Source of the DNA: Octopus vulgaris
Lineage: Eukaryota
Length of the DNA stretch: 64,000 nucleotides
Reading direction: 5' to 3'
Assembly (NCBI GenBank): GCA_951406725.2
Contig: OX597834.1
Span: 31,434,001 to 31,498,000 of the forward strand
Made by a program: the position numbers and the translations under genes. The notes beneath the pieces are model-generated. The model searched no databases and was not told where the DNA came from. It worked only from the letters and a program-made list of their open reading frames with translations. Of this stretch, positions 27,894-41,790 are shown piece by piece; the first letter of the stretch is position 1; the number at the start of each line of letters is the position of its first letter.

Positions 27894-28219
27894 ACCCTTT
27901 CCCTGTTTGTGAAGTATATTTGTCATTTAAATGTGGCTAACCACTAAGGCTGGATGCTACTGTAGCTTGTAGCTCCAGGAAAACATCTCCTCCAGCTGGC
28001 TATTGACACACTTTCTGTGCCCTATCAGTATTTGCAAAGGGAAGCCACCCTTCCCATCGTCAACCTGACGTGATATGCACGGACCCGGGTTTCTGGATAT
28101 TTACCCGTCGTCAGCGCATGACAATCACCGGTCTTCAATGCGAAGGGGTCCCAATGCAAATACATATATCCTTTTTCCAGTGACAAAAAGTCACTGATCT
28201 AGAAAAAGTGTAAACAATG

Positions 28220-29070
28220 ATACTGTATGAATGTGATTTAAGACACTGCTACTCAAAAGTGGTCGTCCACAGACTGGTACCGGTCTGCAAACCATCAGCT
28301 GCCAGTACGCAGCGAGTTTCCAGAAAAGAAAGATTATAAGATGCTTATGTAAAATTGTACTATTTGTTTACAAAATAATTATAAGATGAAAAAAGTTGTC
28401 AACTTTTATTATATTCATTATATATATTGCTTCCAGTATAAATTAATATCACTAAGAAATATTACCAGTCCCTGGCACATTGGAAAAAAAAAACTGCCGG
28501 TATTCCACATCAAATAGTGTGAGAAGCATTTGATTTAAGGGATATTTTGTTCATCAAAACAATCCATGCTGGTGCTTTTTTTTATATGCTTCAAAATTAC
28601 ACTAATAAAGCACACCTACATTGCAACCACTAAGTCCAACCCACCAGATGGATCAAAAATATATGAAAAATATATATGCAAAGCCAAAAACATTTTACTA
28701 GTGTTGTTGTTACTGTTATTGTTTAGTCCTAGGTCAACCCTTATCCAGTAGGCCTATTATTAAAGGCATGCCCAACTACACTAACTAATATCTTTTTTCT
28801 GCTTAATATAATGTGGTGTGAATGTTATTTAAGGGATATTTTGTAAATATAAATAATCTATAAAAATATTTTCTTTATAAGCTTCAAAATTACACTATTA
28901 AACTGCACCTTCATTATCACCACTAAGCCCCAACCACCAGATGAACCAAAAAATATATGAAAAAATAAAAGGAAAACCTCATCAAAATTTTACTAGTGTT
29001 GTTGTTAATGTTTGACCCAAGGTCAACCATGATCTAGTAGACCTATCATTAAAGGTATGCCCTCTCATAA
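28220..29070. repeat. Diverged direct duplication (~270-bp unit); first copy carries a hAT MITE
   Basis: gcttcaaaattacacta...ccactaag...ccaccagatg...ttttactagtgttgttgtta occurs twice. Confidence 0.8.
28244..28532. mobile_element. hAT (Charlie-like) MITE
   Basis: Ends cactgctactcaaa / gtgagaagcatttg; 8-bp TSD atttaaga/atttaagg; empty site atttaagggatattttgt in the duplicate at ~28827. Confidence 0.75.
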
Positions 29071-29864
29071 CTATCCTGTTCTATATAGGGTATCTCGACC
29101 TGATGGGTTGATGATAGCGATGTGGGTGGTGGTGGTGGTGGTGGTGGTGGGAGTGTTAATGAGGTTGCCACCACAGTGTAGGTGATAGTGGTAGTGACAA
29201 CGGTTGTGCTGTTGGTAGGATTCATGTGGTAGTGCTTGCAGTTGTATCAGTGATGAAGCTGCAACTAATAGTGGTAGTGTTGGTAGTAGTGCTGATGTGG
29301 TAGTGGTGGTTGAGGTGGTGATAGTAGTTGTAGGATTAATTGAAGCGATGGTAAAGGTATTTGTAGTTCTGCTGGTTGTGTCATTGTTGATAACAGTGAT
29401 GGTGAGGTGGTAGTGCTGACACTGTTGATGTAGTGGTATTGGTGGTAGTGGTGGAAATGGTGTTGATGTGATAGTAGTAGTTGTAGATCTAGTGGCTTAC
29501 ATTATTATTTCTCTTTTTAATCTTTTATCTCCAAATAATAACCTCCACACCACCATCACCACCACCACCACCACCACCACCACTGCCACCACCACCACTA
29601 CCACCCCACCACCACTACCACTGTAATTGCCACTGGTGGGTATTACTAGTACTACAACCTGTTAGTTCCACCACTACCACCATCATCACTGCTACTACAA
29701 GAACCGGCAGCACCACTGTAATGATCACACCACACCCACTGTCAGTACTACTACTACCACCATCACCCACCATTCCCAATACCTCTACCCTTACTATCAT
29801 TACCACAACAGCTACTACTACTCCATTGCAATCAATAACCGGCACCACCACAAACACATCACCT

Positions 29865-29895
<31 letters not shown>

Positions 29896-30354
29896 AACAA
29901 CTACCACAACCACCACCATCACAGCTATCACTACCACCACCACCACCACCATCAAGATGTTAGGAGAAATCCTTGCCCAGCCCCAGCCTGAACCCACCAC
30001 AGACACACCAGGTACTTTTACCCCTTCTGTCCTTATGTCACAAGTGTCATTCTGTTCCTAACAAAGGAACCTGTTCTTAAGTCCCAACCTCACACTCCGT
30101 ACCACCCACCACCCTCACATGCAGTCCACCCACACATTACATCCTACCCCTAACAGTATTAACAAGAAAAGAAAGGGGGATAGTGTTACAATGGTGCTGG
30201 TAGAGGGGAGGTGACAGTGATAGCAGTGGTGATGGTGTTGGTGGTGGTTGTTTAGCCCCAGGCCCATCCTGGTTGAGATGACACAGGATCAACAGAGGCA
30301 TGTAATCCTTCCTGTTTAACTGAGTAGGGCATATATAGATATACACACACATAT

Positions 30355-30388
<34 letters not shown>

Positions 30389-30403
30389 CTAGCTATCTAT
30401 CTA

Positions 30404-30443
<40 letters not shown>

Positions 30444-30454
30444 TACATACATAT

Positions 30455-30534
<80 letters not shown>

Positions 30535-30537
<3 letters not shown>

Positions 30538-30725
30538 TTGACTGCTAGCTACTAAAGCTTTCTTTTTTTATTCTCTCTCTGTTCATTTTCTCATGTTCCT
30601 TTCTGTTGAAGAACGTAACCTCGAAACGTAAAAGATTTTCTCACCTTCCTGTGCGTTAAACTAACACACCTGTTTGTTGTTCATACACGTGTCTTTGTCT
30701 TTTGTTTTTTGTAAATTTCAACTAT
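30535..30725 (+). mobile_element. Penelope-like repeat fragment with degenerate minimal hammerhead motif
   Basis: cttt-CTGTTGA-agaacgtaacctc-GAAA-cg-TA-aaag, next to (TA)n. Similar layout to 37697-37905. Confidence 0.55.
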
Positions 30726-31251
30726 ATTGATTTATTATTATTATTATTACTAGTATTGTTGTTATACATACATACATACAAGCATAATAATAATAAGTGG
30801 ATGTAAACACATGAACAAAATAAGAATAAACAAAAACAACAACAAAAACAAATTACATGAACGTATATAAACAGAAGATACAAATATTACAGGCATCACC
30901 CCCACACACACACTAAATAAACATAGACGCACATAGAGATATAAGCATGCGCAAATGAAGACATACAATAGAAATACAAAATGGCTGACGGTTAGTAAGG
31001 AGAGACACAAATAAGAAAGAAGAAAACAAAGGACCATTGATGCGGTCACAGGAGTGTGATGAAAGAACTCTGGCTGAAATAAGATTAAGATTAATGTAAA
31101 AAATAAATAACACTGAAGCAAAATAACACCAAATATATAGTGCGTGTGTTTTTATTGGCTAAACTGGCAAAATGACCATTCCGAAATATAACAATATCTG
31201 TTTCAACACACGACTTCACATAGAAAAATCTTGCACAACAAATATATAAAC

Positions 31252-31290
<39 letters not shown>

Positions 31291-31732
31291 TGCAAATGTA
31301 TATTTATACACACACACACACACACACATACATATATATATAATAACACAAATAGGCTGAGATTCCCTACAGTTGTTTCAGACATGTTTTTAATTGATGA
31401 ACAAATCAATTATGTCACGTAATAAAAACATTTTTTGGTGAATTAAAATTAAAATTAAAATCCAAAATTTAACATTTAGGATTTTTCACACAAAATGTAT
31501 AGGTGGAGGGGGTATTATTAAACTAATAAAACACCAGTCAAATACTGGGGTCAATTTAGATAATGTCCAGCCCCTTATACTTCTGCAAAGTATAAGAAGT
31601 TTTTGTAATATCCCCTCAACAGAGGCAATAAAAGCACCTGTGACAAACAAAAGGCAAGCATCATCATCATCACCATCATTGTCATCATTGCTAACACCAT
31701 TATCGTCATCATCATTGACATCATTGTCATGG

Positions 31733-31774
<42 letters not shown>

Positions 31775-31894
31775 GGATTGTCATGATTGTCATAATCATA
31801 ATGATGGTCATCAACAAAGTTGATGTAGTGATTGCTGTTATTGTCATTGTCTTTTGCCTACTCTTAATGGTTAAAGAAAGGAAACTATTATTAT

Positions 31895-32665
31895 TGTTGA
31901 ATGAGAGAGCAGCGCATGCCATCAGAGTGACACTGCGGTATCAGTTTTCCTTGCTTCTGAAGCAGGTATTTCTTCTTTCTGTGGCTGGGCTTCAGTTATC
32001 TTTACAGCCATATGAGCCTTTGCAGCATCTCTTCTGCTCTTCTGGAAACAGGTTGTTTTCTTTCAGATGCTTGCTCAATCTCTGCGATATTATTGTAGTA
32101 AAGGCTTTGTAAATCGTAGGGAGACAGGTTATTGGTCTGTAGTTTTGTGGTTTTGCAGTTTCAGTGGATTTGGAAATTAGGATACTTTCCCCTTTTGTGA
32201 GCCATTCAGGCATTGTCTCTGGCTCTGCTAGTATGTCGTTAAAGTTTTCAGCCAGCTTTTTGTGTATTCCTGTCACATATTTTAACCAGAAGTTAGGGAT
32301 CTTGCTGTACCCAGGTGCCTTCCAGTTGCTTAGTCTTTGCAGTGCCTGGGTGACCTTTTCAGTTGTTATAGGGGTCCAGAGTTGTTCAAGTGCTAAGTTC
32401 ATTGTTTTTCTGAGGTTGTTCCTTCACCGACCATATTTCTTTCTAAAATTCTTCCACTTCTTCTGCTGTTGGTGCTGCATTGATGTTTATTTTATTTTTA
32501 CCAAGTTCTTGGTAGAATTTTTGGGGGTTGGAGTTGAACTGTTTGACTTGGGGGTTGGCGTTTCTCATACCGGCGGATCCTTTGTGCTTTGGCTAGGATA
32601 TCTTGCTTTAGCTTTTCTTTTACCTCAAGTAAACCTTTTTCTGTAATTTTGTATTTGCACAGTAT
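31895..32665 (-). pseudogene. R4/Dong-clade non-LTR retrotransposon reverse transcriptase fragment (N-terminal RT region)
   Basis: LKQDILAKAQRIRRYEKR...KFYQELG...NWKAPG...NFWLK...NYRPITCLPTIYKAFT...EQKRCCKGSYGCKD, with stops and frameshifts. Confidence 0.85.
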
Positions 32666-32670
32666 TACAA

Positions 32671-33122
32671 CAGCAAGCTGGAAGAACCATTAGCACACCA
32701 GGCAAGAGGCTTAGTGGTATTTCTTCTGTCTAGAAGTCCTAAGTTCTGCTAAGGTTATCTTTCATCCTTTCAAAGTTGATAAAATAAGTACCAGTTGAAC
32801 ACTGGGGTCAGTGTAATTGACTAGTTCCCTCCCCACAAATTTTAGGCCTTGTGCTTTTAGTAGAAAAGATTATTATTATTATTGTTGTTGTTGTTGTTAT
32901 TGTTATTGCGGTGAGCTGGCACAATCGTTAGCATGCCGGGAAAAATGCTTAGCGGCATTTTGCCCATTTTAACGTTCTGAGTTCAAATTCCACTGAGGTC
33001 GGCTTTGTCTTTCATCCTTTTGGTGTCGATAAAAGAAGTACCAGTTGAACACTGGAGTTGATGTAATTGACTAGCCCCTTCCCCCAAAATTTCAGGCCTT
33101 GTGCCTTTAGTAGAAAGGATAA

Positions 33123-33172
<50 letters not shown>

Positions 33173-33405
33173 GGTGGTAACTTGGCAGAATCATTAGCAT
33201 GCCAGGCAAAATGCTTAGCAGCATTTCATCTGTCTTCATGTTCTGAGTTCAAATTCCGCCAAGGTCAACTTTGCCTTTCATACTTTCGTGAGCGATAAAA
33301 TAAGTACCAGTTGTGAACTGGGGTTGATGTAACCTTGCCATCAAAAAAAAACAAAAGAGAAAAACAATTGCTGGCTTTGTGTCAAAACCTGAAACCATTA
33401 TTATT
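32671..33405 (+). mobile_element. Three tandem family B SINEs joined by (ATT)n
   Basis: Units at about 32671-32875, 32908-33120 and 33171-33405. Confidence 0.85.
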
Positions 33406-33569
33406 ATTCCACCTCCAAGTCATCGTTCCCCCACCCCTGCCAACCCACCTGCTTTTCTTTATCTCTTAAAATCAGTTTCGTTCTTTTGCTACATGTGTCT
33501 TATAATCAAGATGACTTCTGGCACACACCTTCATACACCCCGTCCACCCATTCATGCCCTCCACACATG

Positions 33570-33608
<39 letters not shown>

Positions 33609-34176
33609 CCTGGCATCCACCTTATCCAACCTGCAGATCTCTTTTTACTCAGTCAGTCTCCTCTTCCTTGTACTCCTTGCAAAACTCTCCACTCCTTGTC
33701 TCCTTCCCCCTCTTTCTCTCTCTTTCTTTCTCTCTCTCTCCCATTCTTTCTCTCTGTCTTTCTCTCACTCTCTCTCTCTCCTCTTTTTCCCATTCTCTGT
33801 CTGTCAGCCTCTCTCCTTCTCTCTCTCTCTCTTTCATTCTATCTTTCTTTCCTTCACTCTCTTCTCGCTTCTTGAAGCAAAATCAATTTTCCAATAAAGC
33901 AAAAAATAAATAAATACACAAATAAAAATAATAAACTCAAAAAGCTAAACAACAAAAAAATTATCATTTTAAGTTCATTTATTCATTCCTCCCCATTCGT
34001 CCCCACCCGGCACATGCCTTACCATATTTCTGACCCACCCACACTTCTGCAGAATTGTATATTCATATACAGTCAGAATTTCCTTATCACCCCTATGTCA
34101 TAACTCCCCCCACCCCAGCTGCCACCCCTCAACTTTCTTCTGTAACTCCCTTAGATGTGTGAACAAACATATGTGA

Positions 34177-34228
<52 letters not shown>

Positions 34229-34472
34229 CATTATTATTATTGTTGTTGTTGTTGTTGTTATATATCAGGTAGTCTTTCTGCCTTTTTATTACTGTTTGGA
34301 GACCCTTAAAAAAGAATATAAAGGTTTATATATATATATGCACACACACACACACAGAGGATTTCTCTCTCCCTGCCACATGTGTTTAGCTCAATCTCAA
34401 TAATATGTGTATACATGTGGGGGTGTATGTGTGTATATATGTGTGTGTATTTATATATATATAACATATATA

Positions 34473-34508
<36 letters not shown>

Positions 34509-34714
34509 TATATATATATATATATATATATACGTATACATGTGTGCATATATGTTTATATATAAATACATGTGTGTATGTGTATATATATATAAATATG
34601 CACATATATGTATGTATAAAGTAATACGAATCACAGATTTCCCATCAGGCTGTTTACTCTTTTGATGTTGTTACCAAACCTTATATTCAGCTTTATCCTC
34701 ACATAGACATAACC

Positions 34715-34814
<100 letters not shown>

Positions 34815-36152
34815 ATATTTCGGAATGGTCATTTTGCCAGTTTAGCCAATAAAAAATCTTGCACAACAAATATTTAAACGTACTATATATATATATATAT
34901 ATATTTATATATGCATGTGTGTGTGTATTATGTATTATGTCTATCTATCTATATGTATATATATACATACATTCATACATACATACACGCATACATACAT
35001 ACATACATACATACATACACACATACATACATACATACATACATACGTACATACGTACATACATACATACATACATATGTATGTATATCAGATAAAAGGG
35101 GATTTATAGGTCTGAGCTGGGTCCTCAGCTAACTCTCCTGCAAATACCAGCTAACAGAATGTACATAAATAGATGGTTAACAAAATTAATATTACAAAAT
35201 CATAATTAAATTCATATGTACCTGCAAAAATGTGCATCAACAAAATTCCATCCAACCCATGCCAGCATGGAAAAATGGACGTTAAACCAAAAATGACGAT
35301 GATGATGGTGATGATTATGGTTTATATAAAAACTGTTCATGCATACAGGTATGTCCCCGGCATCCCTCTCCGGCTGAGCGTTCCTAATCTTGTGGGCTTG
35401 TGGGTGCTGGTGCCATGGAAAAAGCTCCTGTACCATTGCCGTGTAAATCCACCCATGCTGGTGCTACGTAAAGGCACTGTGTACACTCTGCAGAGGGTTT
35501 GGTGATAGGAAGGGCATCTGGCCGTAGAGACCATGTCAAAACAGACATGGGGCCTGGGCAACCCTTCAGCTGGTCAGCTCCTATAAAACTATCCAACCCA
35601 TGCCAGCATGGAAAACGGATATGAAATGATGATGATGATGATGATGATATATGAAACGATTCTTTTTTTTTTCTATTTGCCAACAACACTCTCACTATAT
35701 TTGTTTACTGACACAAACTATTGCAGCAGTTTCCCTTTCTGTTTTCCTTTTCTTTTTTTTTTTTTTTGTGCCGACCCAGACCAAGTAGAGAGTGAAGTTC
35801 TGCTTTCTCCATTTACATACAACTTTCCAGTTTCATACACATGTTTAGTTAGATGTGATTCTATTTTGATCCAACACAGCTTCTCATTGTTCACTACAGA
35901 CAGTAAGATGTTCCTAACAACCTTTCAAAGCTGACATTTATACAAGTGCTTATTAGAATTATACAACAGCACAGATCAATAATTATCCAATTTCTTTTTC
36001 ACCTTATTTTTTTTTTACCTATAACATTCATTTCATGTCTTAAGAGTTGGGACAGTGATAGAGCATCTGCAGATAGAAATCCCTTGACCTGTTAGAAACA
36101 GCAGCCAAATTCCCCTTTAACTTGCAATGTTACCAACTTTAACCTTTTTATC

Positions 36153-36388
36153 CCTATTTCTTTACTACCCACAAGGGGCTAAACACAGAGAGGACAAACA
36201 AAGACAGACAAACGGATTAAGTCGATTATATCGACCCCAGTGCGTAACTGGTACTTATTCAATCGACCCCGAAAGGATGAAAGGCAAAGTCGACCTCAGC
36301 GGAATTTGAACTCAGAACATAGCGGCAGACGAAATACCGCAAAGCATTTCGCCCGGCATGCTAACATTTCTGCCAGCTTGCCGCCTTC
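36153..36388 (-). mobile_element. Young family B SINE variant (tail ccccttgtgggtagtaaagaaatag)
   Basis: CpG-rich; shares its tail with 48303-48532 and 53042-53176. Confidence 0.85.
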
Positions 36389-36693
36389 TTATACCAATTT
36401 TCAACCTTTTTATACCAATCTACTCAAGCACACCCTCGGTTCCATGGTGCAAATTCTTTGTTTTAAAGCAATCTAAATTAAAAACCTTCCATCAAAATTC
36501 CTTATTAATTTACATTCTAATCATCAGCTTTAGAACTTTTTAAAGCTGTCTTTACAGACTTTCTTTAGAAATTAGAGCCAGCACCGAAAGTTATGCCATT
36601 TTGTATGCATCGATGTAAACGGTGCAATGAAAGATAAGGAAATAAGTAATGGGCGTAGATGCATATTTCAGTCACCCATTACCTATTTTGCTA

Positions 36694-37078
36694 ATGGAGG
36701 CGCAATGGCCCAGTGGTTAGGGCAGCGGACTCGCGGTTGTAGGATCGCGGTTTCGATTCCCAGACCGGGCGTTGTGAGTGTTTATTGAGCGAAAACACCT
36801 AAAGTTCCATGAGGCTCCGGCAGGGATGGTGGTGATCCCTGCTGTACTCTTTCACCACAACTTTCTCTCACTCTTACTTCCTGTTTCTGTTGTACCCGTA
36901 TTTCAAAGGGCCGGCCTTGTCACTCTCTGTGTCATGCTGAATATCCCGAGAAGTACGTTAAGGGTACACGTGTCTGTGGAGTGCTCAGCCACTTACACGT
37001 TAATTTCACGAGCAGGCTGTTCTGTTGATCGGATCAACCGGAACCCTCATCGTCGTAACCGACGGAGTGCTTCCATCC
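36694..37078 (+). mobile_element. Young full-length tRNA-derived SINE, family D, with 13-bp TSD
   Basis: A box tggcccagtggttagg, B box ggtttcgattcc; TSD acctattttgcta at 36681-36693 and 37079-37091. Confidence 0.9.
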
Positions 37079-37696
37079 ACCTATTTTGCTATCTTTGGTT
37101 GCATTGTTTACACAGATGTATTCGTAAACAAAATAATGTAACTTTCAGTGTTGGCTCTAATTTCTATAGAAAATCTGTAGATGTGACTGTGTGGTAAGAA
37201 GCTTGTTTCCCAACCAGTCCCACTGCGTGGCACCTTAGGCAAGCGTCTTCTACTATAGCATTGTTGGACAGACCAAATCCTTGTCAGTGGATTTGGTAGA
37301 TAGAAACTGAAAGAAGCTTGTTGCATATATATATATAATATTATTACAAATTTGGGATTTTACCAATAGAACCGCAACTCCTATTTCAGGATAACCTTAT
37401 TGTATGGAATTCACATAGAAAGTTACATCCAATAAAAATAATATAAACAGTTAAAAAACTTACTATAAAATACTATAAAATACAAAATTGATGTATTTGG
37501 TTTTTACTTTCATTTCATGGTTGATCTTTTTTTCATCAATTCAATTTGTGATACCGGTGTGGGCATATGGTTAAGAAGTTTGCTTCCCAACCACATAGGG
37601 TTCAGTCCCACTGTGTGGCACCTTGGGCAGGCTGATCAAAGTTTTGTGAGTAGATTTGGTAGAAGGTAACAGAAAGAAGCCCATTGTATATATAAA

Positions 37697-37905
37697 TGTG
37701 ATCGCGTGTGTACCATTGGCGATTTTTTTTCCTCCGTCTTCCCTTCTCTGAATCTTTCCTTTTCCTATGTTTCTGACGAAGAGCTCCGCTCGAAACGTAA
37801 AACCCTCCTTCTTTCCTTCCTTCCTGAGCATCCAATAATACTATATTTGTTCCATGTCCTCACGTTGTTGTGTTTTCTCTTTGTGTTTTCATGTTTGGAT
37901 TAACT
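37697..37905 (+). mobile_element. Penelope-like pseudo-LTR fragment
   Basis: Inserted in the (TA)n of a family A SINE and contains a minimal hammerhead motif. Related pieces at ~49557-49640 (minus) and ~56425-56570. Confidence 0.6.
37769..37803 (+). ncRNA. Minimal type I hammerhead ribozyme motif
   Basis: gttt-CUGACGA-a-gagc(ucc)gcuc-GAAA-cg-UA^-aaac: stem I gttt/aaac, stem II gagc/gctc, palindromic ACGU helix III. Confidence 0.6.
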
Positions 37906-38299
37906 ATATATATATATACATACATATATATGTATATATATATGTGTGTGTGTGGGTATATATATTTATAAATGTATATATATATGAGTATGTGTGTGTT
38001 TTTGTGCATGTGTTTGTCCTCCACCACTGCTTGATGGCTAGTGTTGGTTTGTTTATGTCCCTGTAACTTAGAGGTTTGGCAAAAGAGACTGATGCAATAA
38101 GTTCCAGGTTTAGAAAAATAACTCCTGAGGTTCATGTAACTGGAAAAAAAACAGCCTTCAAGGTTGTCCCCACCCCAAGTTATGTCTACCCCCTCCCCCC
38201 ACTGCCACAATCCCTGCAATCCCTATATACACTCTTTATGCCTCAACCCCACCCCCCACCACCACCACCATTACTCCTGATCACTCCTAATCTCTGCCA

Positions 38300-38753
38300 T
38301 TTCTCTCTCTCTCTCCCACTCTCTCCCGAACTCTTTCTCTCATTTTCTCTGTCCTTCCCACCCCCAATCGTTTCCTTTGTGTTTGTCTTCACCTCTTCCT
38401 CCCACTCTTACCTTCTCCTATCTCTCTCTCTCTCTCTATCTCCCGGTCCTCATTCTATTCTCTTCCCACTATTGTTATCTCTCCCAAACTATCTTTGTAT
38501 CTCTCTTTACATGTCTGCCTCTCCCTTATACTCTCTCTCCCTTCCATTCTGCTTTTTACCCATTATACCTCTCCCCTCTACTTGCATCTCTCCCACGCTA
38601 TCTTTGTGCCTCTCTTTTTGTTTGTCTTCTGTCTGTTTCTCTCTCTTTCTCCCTCTCTCTCCTCCCTCTCCTTTCTCTTTTTCTCTATCACTCTATCACT
38701 TTGTATCTTCCTCTCTCATCTTCCCCTTTTCTCTTCCTCTCTCTCTCCTCCCT

Positions 38754-38792
<39 letters not shown>

Positions 38793-39200
38793 CTCTGCCT
38801 CACTGCCTCCCCCTTCCCCTTTCTTCCACCCCCACTTCTCCCCACTAACCTTATCTCCTACTTTATCCTTGTATCTTTCTCTCTCATCTTCCCTCTTTCT
38901 CTTCCTCTCTCTCTCCTCCCTTCTCTCTGTCTGTCTGTCTGTCTGTCTCATTCTCTCTCTCTCTGCCTCACTGCCTCCCCCTTCCCCTTTCTTCCACCCC
39001 CACTTCTCCCCACTAACCTTATCTCTCTTGAGCTAACGCTAGTTTCCTCTCCCCCTCTCTCTCCTCCATTTCACTTTTTCCCCATTCCACCTCTTCCCAC
39101 TACTTTTATCTCTCCAAAGCTCTCTCTCTCTCCCTCTCTCTCTCACTCTCTCACTTTCTTCTTCACCACCAAACCCCTCCCTATCACCATTACATCACCC
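38300..39200. repeat. CT-rich tract with an internal ~175-bp direct duplication
   Basis: ttgtatctt...cccacttctccccactaaccttatctc occurs twice. Confidence 0.85.
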
Positions 39201-39333
39201 TCATTTCAATCAAAATATTACTACATACAATTTTGAAGGAATTTTATTTTAAAATTATTTTTATTTAAAACAAAAAAAATAATAATTTCAAAATTTCATT
39301 TTTCATTTACATATTTTCATTTTATTATTAATT

Positions 39334-39365
<32 letters not shown>

Positions 39366-40109
39366 CTTATTCAAACAATTCTTTTTTTATATTCAAATTT
39401 AAAACAAAAAAAATTCACCTTTTTTTTATCATTTTATCATATATTTTATATATTTTATATATATTTTATTGTGTATATTTTATATATTTTATTAAATATA
39501 TTATATATTGTCATTTTATTATCGATACTTTTTCAAAACAATTTCTTTCATACTAAAAAAAAATATATTTTATATTTAAAAATTTAAAATTTCACTTTTT
39601 TTGTAAAGTCATATATATATCTTTTTTATGCAGTTTTCCTATTTTTATTTTCATAACTTTACTTTTTTAAATTTAAAATTTCATTTTCAGATTTTTTTAT
39701 GAATTTTCTTAATATTTTATATTTTTGTTTTAGGAAAAAAATATTTCAAATTATTACATCGCTTCTTTATATTTATTTATTTATTTATTATCATTATTTT
39801 TTTCTTTTGTTTTTAAGTTGTCTTTTTTGGGTTTTTTCTGGGGGTTTTTTTGATGTTACATTTATTTGTTCTTTCATTTTTTTATCTTCCCCTTTTTTCA
39901 TGCATCTCCCCTCTAACTCCTCTACATTTCCATCAAACCTTTACTTCATTCCACCTCCACCTCCCACCTGATCCTTAAACTCTAATGCTACCCCCTACCC
40001 CTGCTACCCCCCACTTACCCCCATCTGCATGCTGCTGCCATCAACTGATTCTGTCACCTCGTATTTATTGTAAAAAATTCTGTTTATTTAGATATTGTGT
40101 GTATGTGTG

Positions 40110-40146
<37 letters not shown>

Positions 40147-40484
40147 GTCTGTATATGTGTGTGTATATGTGTATGTATGTATTTGTATGTATGTGTAGGC
40201 ATGTAGGTGTGTATCTGTGTGTGTATGCGCATGTAAGTATGCCTGCACATATGTTTGTGTGTGTGTGTATGTCTGTGCATGTATATGTGTGTGTTGTGTA
40301 TGCATGTGTGTGTGTGTGTGTCTATGTATGCATGCATGTATGTATATATATATATGTGTGTGTGTGCGTCTGTGTATATATGTTTATGTATGACATGTGT
40401 GTGTGTGTTTGTGCGTATATGTCTGTGTATGTGTGTTTGAGTATGCATGTGTGCATGTCTATAGATGTATGCATGTATGTATAC

Positions 40485-40515
<31 letters not shown>

Positions 40516-41009
40516 CATGTGTGTGTTTATGTATGAACGTGTGTGAGTGTATATATGCATATGTGTATGCATGCATGTGTCAATGTGTGTATATGTATGT
40601 ATATATGTGTCTGTGTATTTGTAAATATATATAGGTGTGCTTGTGTGCATCTGTCTATGTTCATGAGCCGTTCTGTGTGCGCGTGCGTATGTCAACTCTT
40701 GTGGCGGTGGTGGTGGTGGCGCTGGTGATGAGGGTGGTGTGCCAAGTGATCAGAAAAAAGCAGCAGCATCTTATGTAAGAATTCATTGTGATGCTAAACT
40801 ACACCTAGCACCCTCCATCTACCCCCATCCTCCGCCACCCCCTCAACCACCACTATCAACTACCCAACCAACCAACCAACCGAGTATACCCTCTCCACCC
40901 CCATTCTATTCCCTCCACCTCTTCCAGATTTATATCTAAAATGACATTCCGTCTTGGGAATATTGGCAACAGTGCTACTAGAGCACCACAGCACCAAAGC
41001 AATACTGGG

Positions 41010-41628
41010 AAACAATAACAATAACACTGATGATAATGACAATAAAAATAATGATGATGATGATGATGAGGATGATGATGATGACGGTGACGGTGACGAT
41101 GATGATGACGATGACGATGAGGATGATGATGATGATGATGATGATAAGAACAATACCAATAATGATGATGATGATGATGACGATGATGATGATGATGATG
41201 ATGACGATGATGATGACGATGATGACGATGACGATGATGATGATGATGATGATAAGAACAATAAAAATACCAATAATGATGATGACAATTATAATAGTGA
41301 TAATGATGATGATGATTATGACGGTGATGATGATGAGGAAGTGGGTGAAGAAAATAAATAGTGATAGTGTTGACGACGATGACGATGATGATGATGATGA
41401 TGATGATGATTATGATGACGATCGTGGTGGTGGTGGTGGTGGTGATCTTGGTGTTGGTAGTAACTTCTATTTTTCTTTTTTTTTCTCAAATAATAACAAT
41501 GACAGCAGTAACGACGAGGACAATGCTGATAATAATAATAATGATGATGATGATGATGACGATGACGATGACGATGATGATGATGATGATTATAATGATG
41601 ATAACAATGACACTGGTGATGGTGATGG

Positions 41629-41672
<44 letters not shown>

Positions 41673-41790
41673 ATAATGATGATAACAATGACACTGGTGA
41701 TGGTGATGATGATGATGATGATGATGATGACAACGATGATGATGATGGTTATAATGATGATAACAATGACAATGGTGATGGTGATGGTGA
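41010..41790. repeat. (GAT)n degenerate microsatellite
   Basis: Direct inspection. Confidence 0.9.

Noticed and set aside
35780-35797. Plus-strand microexon after a long T tract (DQVESE)
   Set aside because: No convincing donor downstream.
36697-36770. tRNA gene
   Set aside because: The tRNA-like head continues into a SINE body bounded by a TSD.
38076-39236. 386-aa L/S/P/F-rich ORF
   Set aside because: Arises from a CT-rich tract that lacks stop codons by composition.
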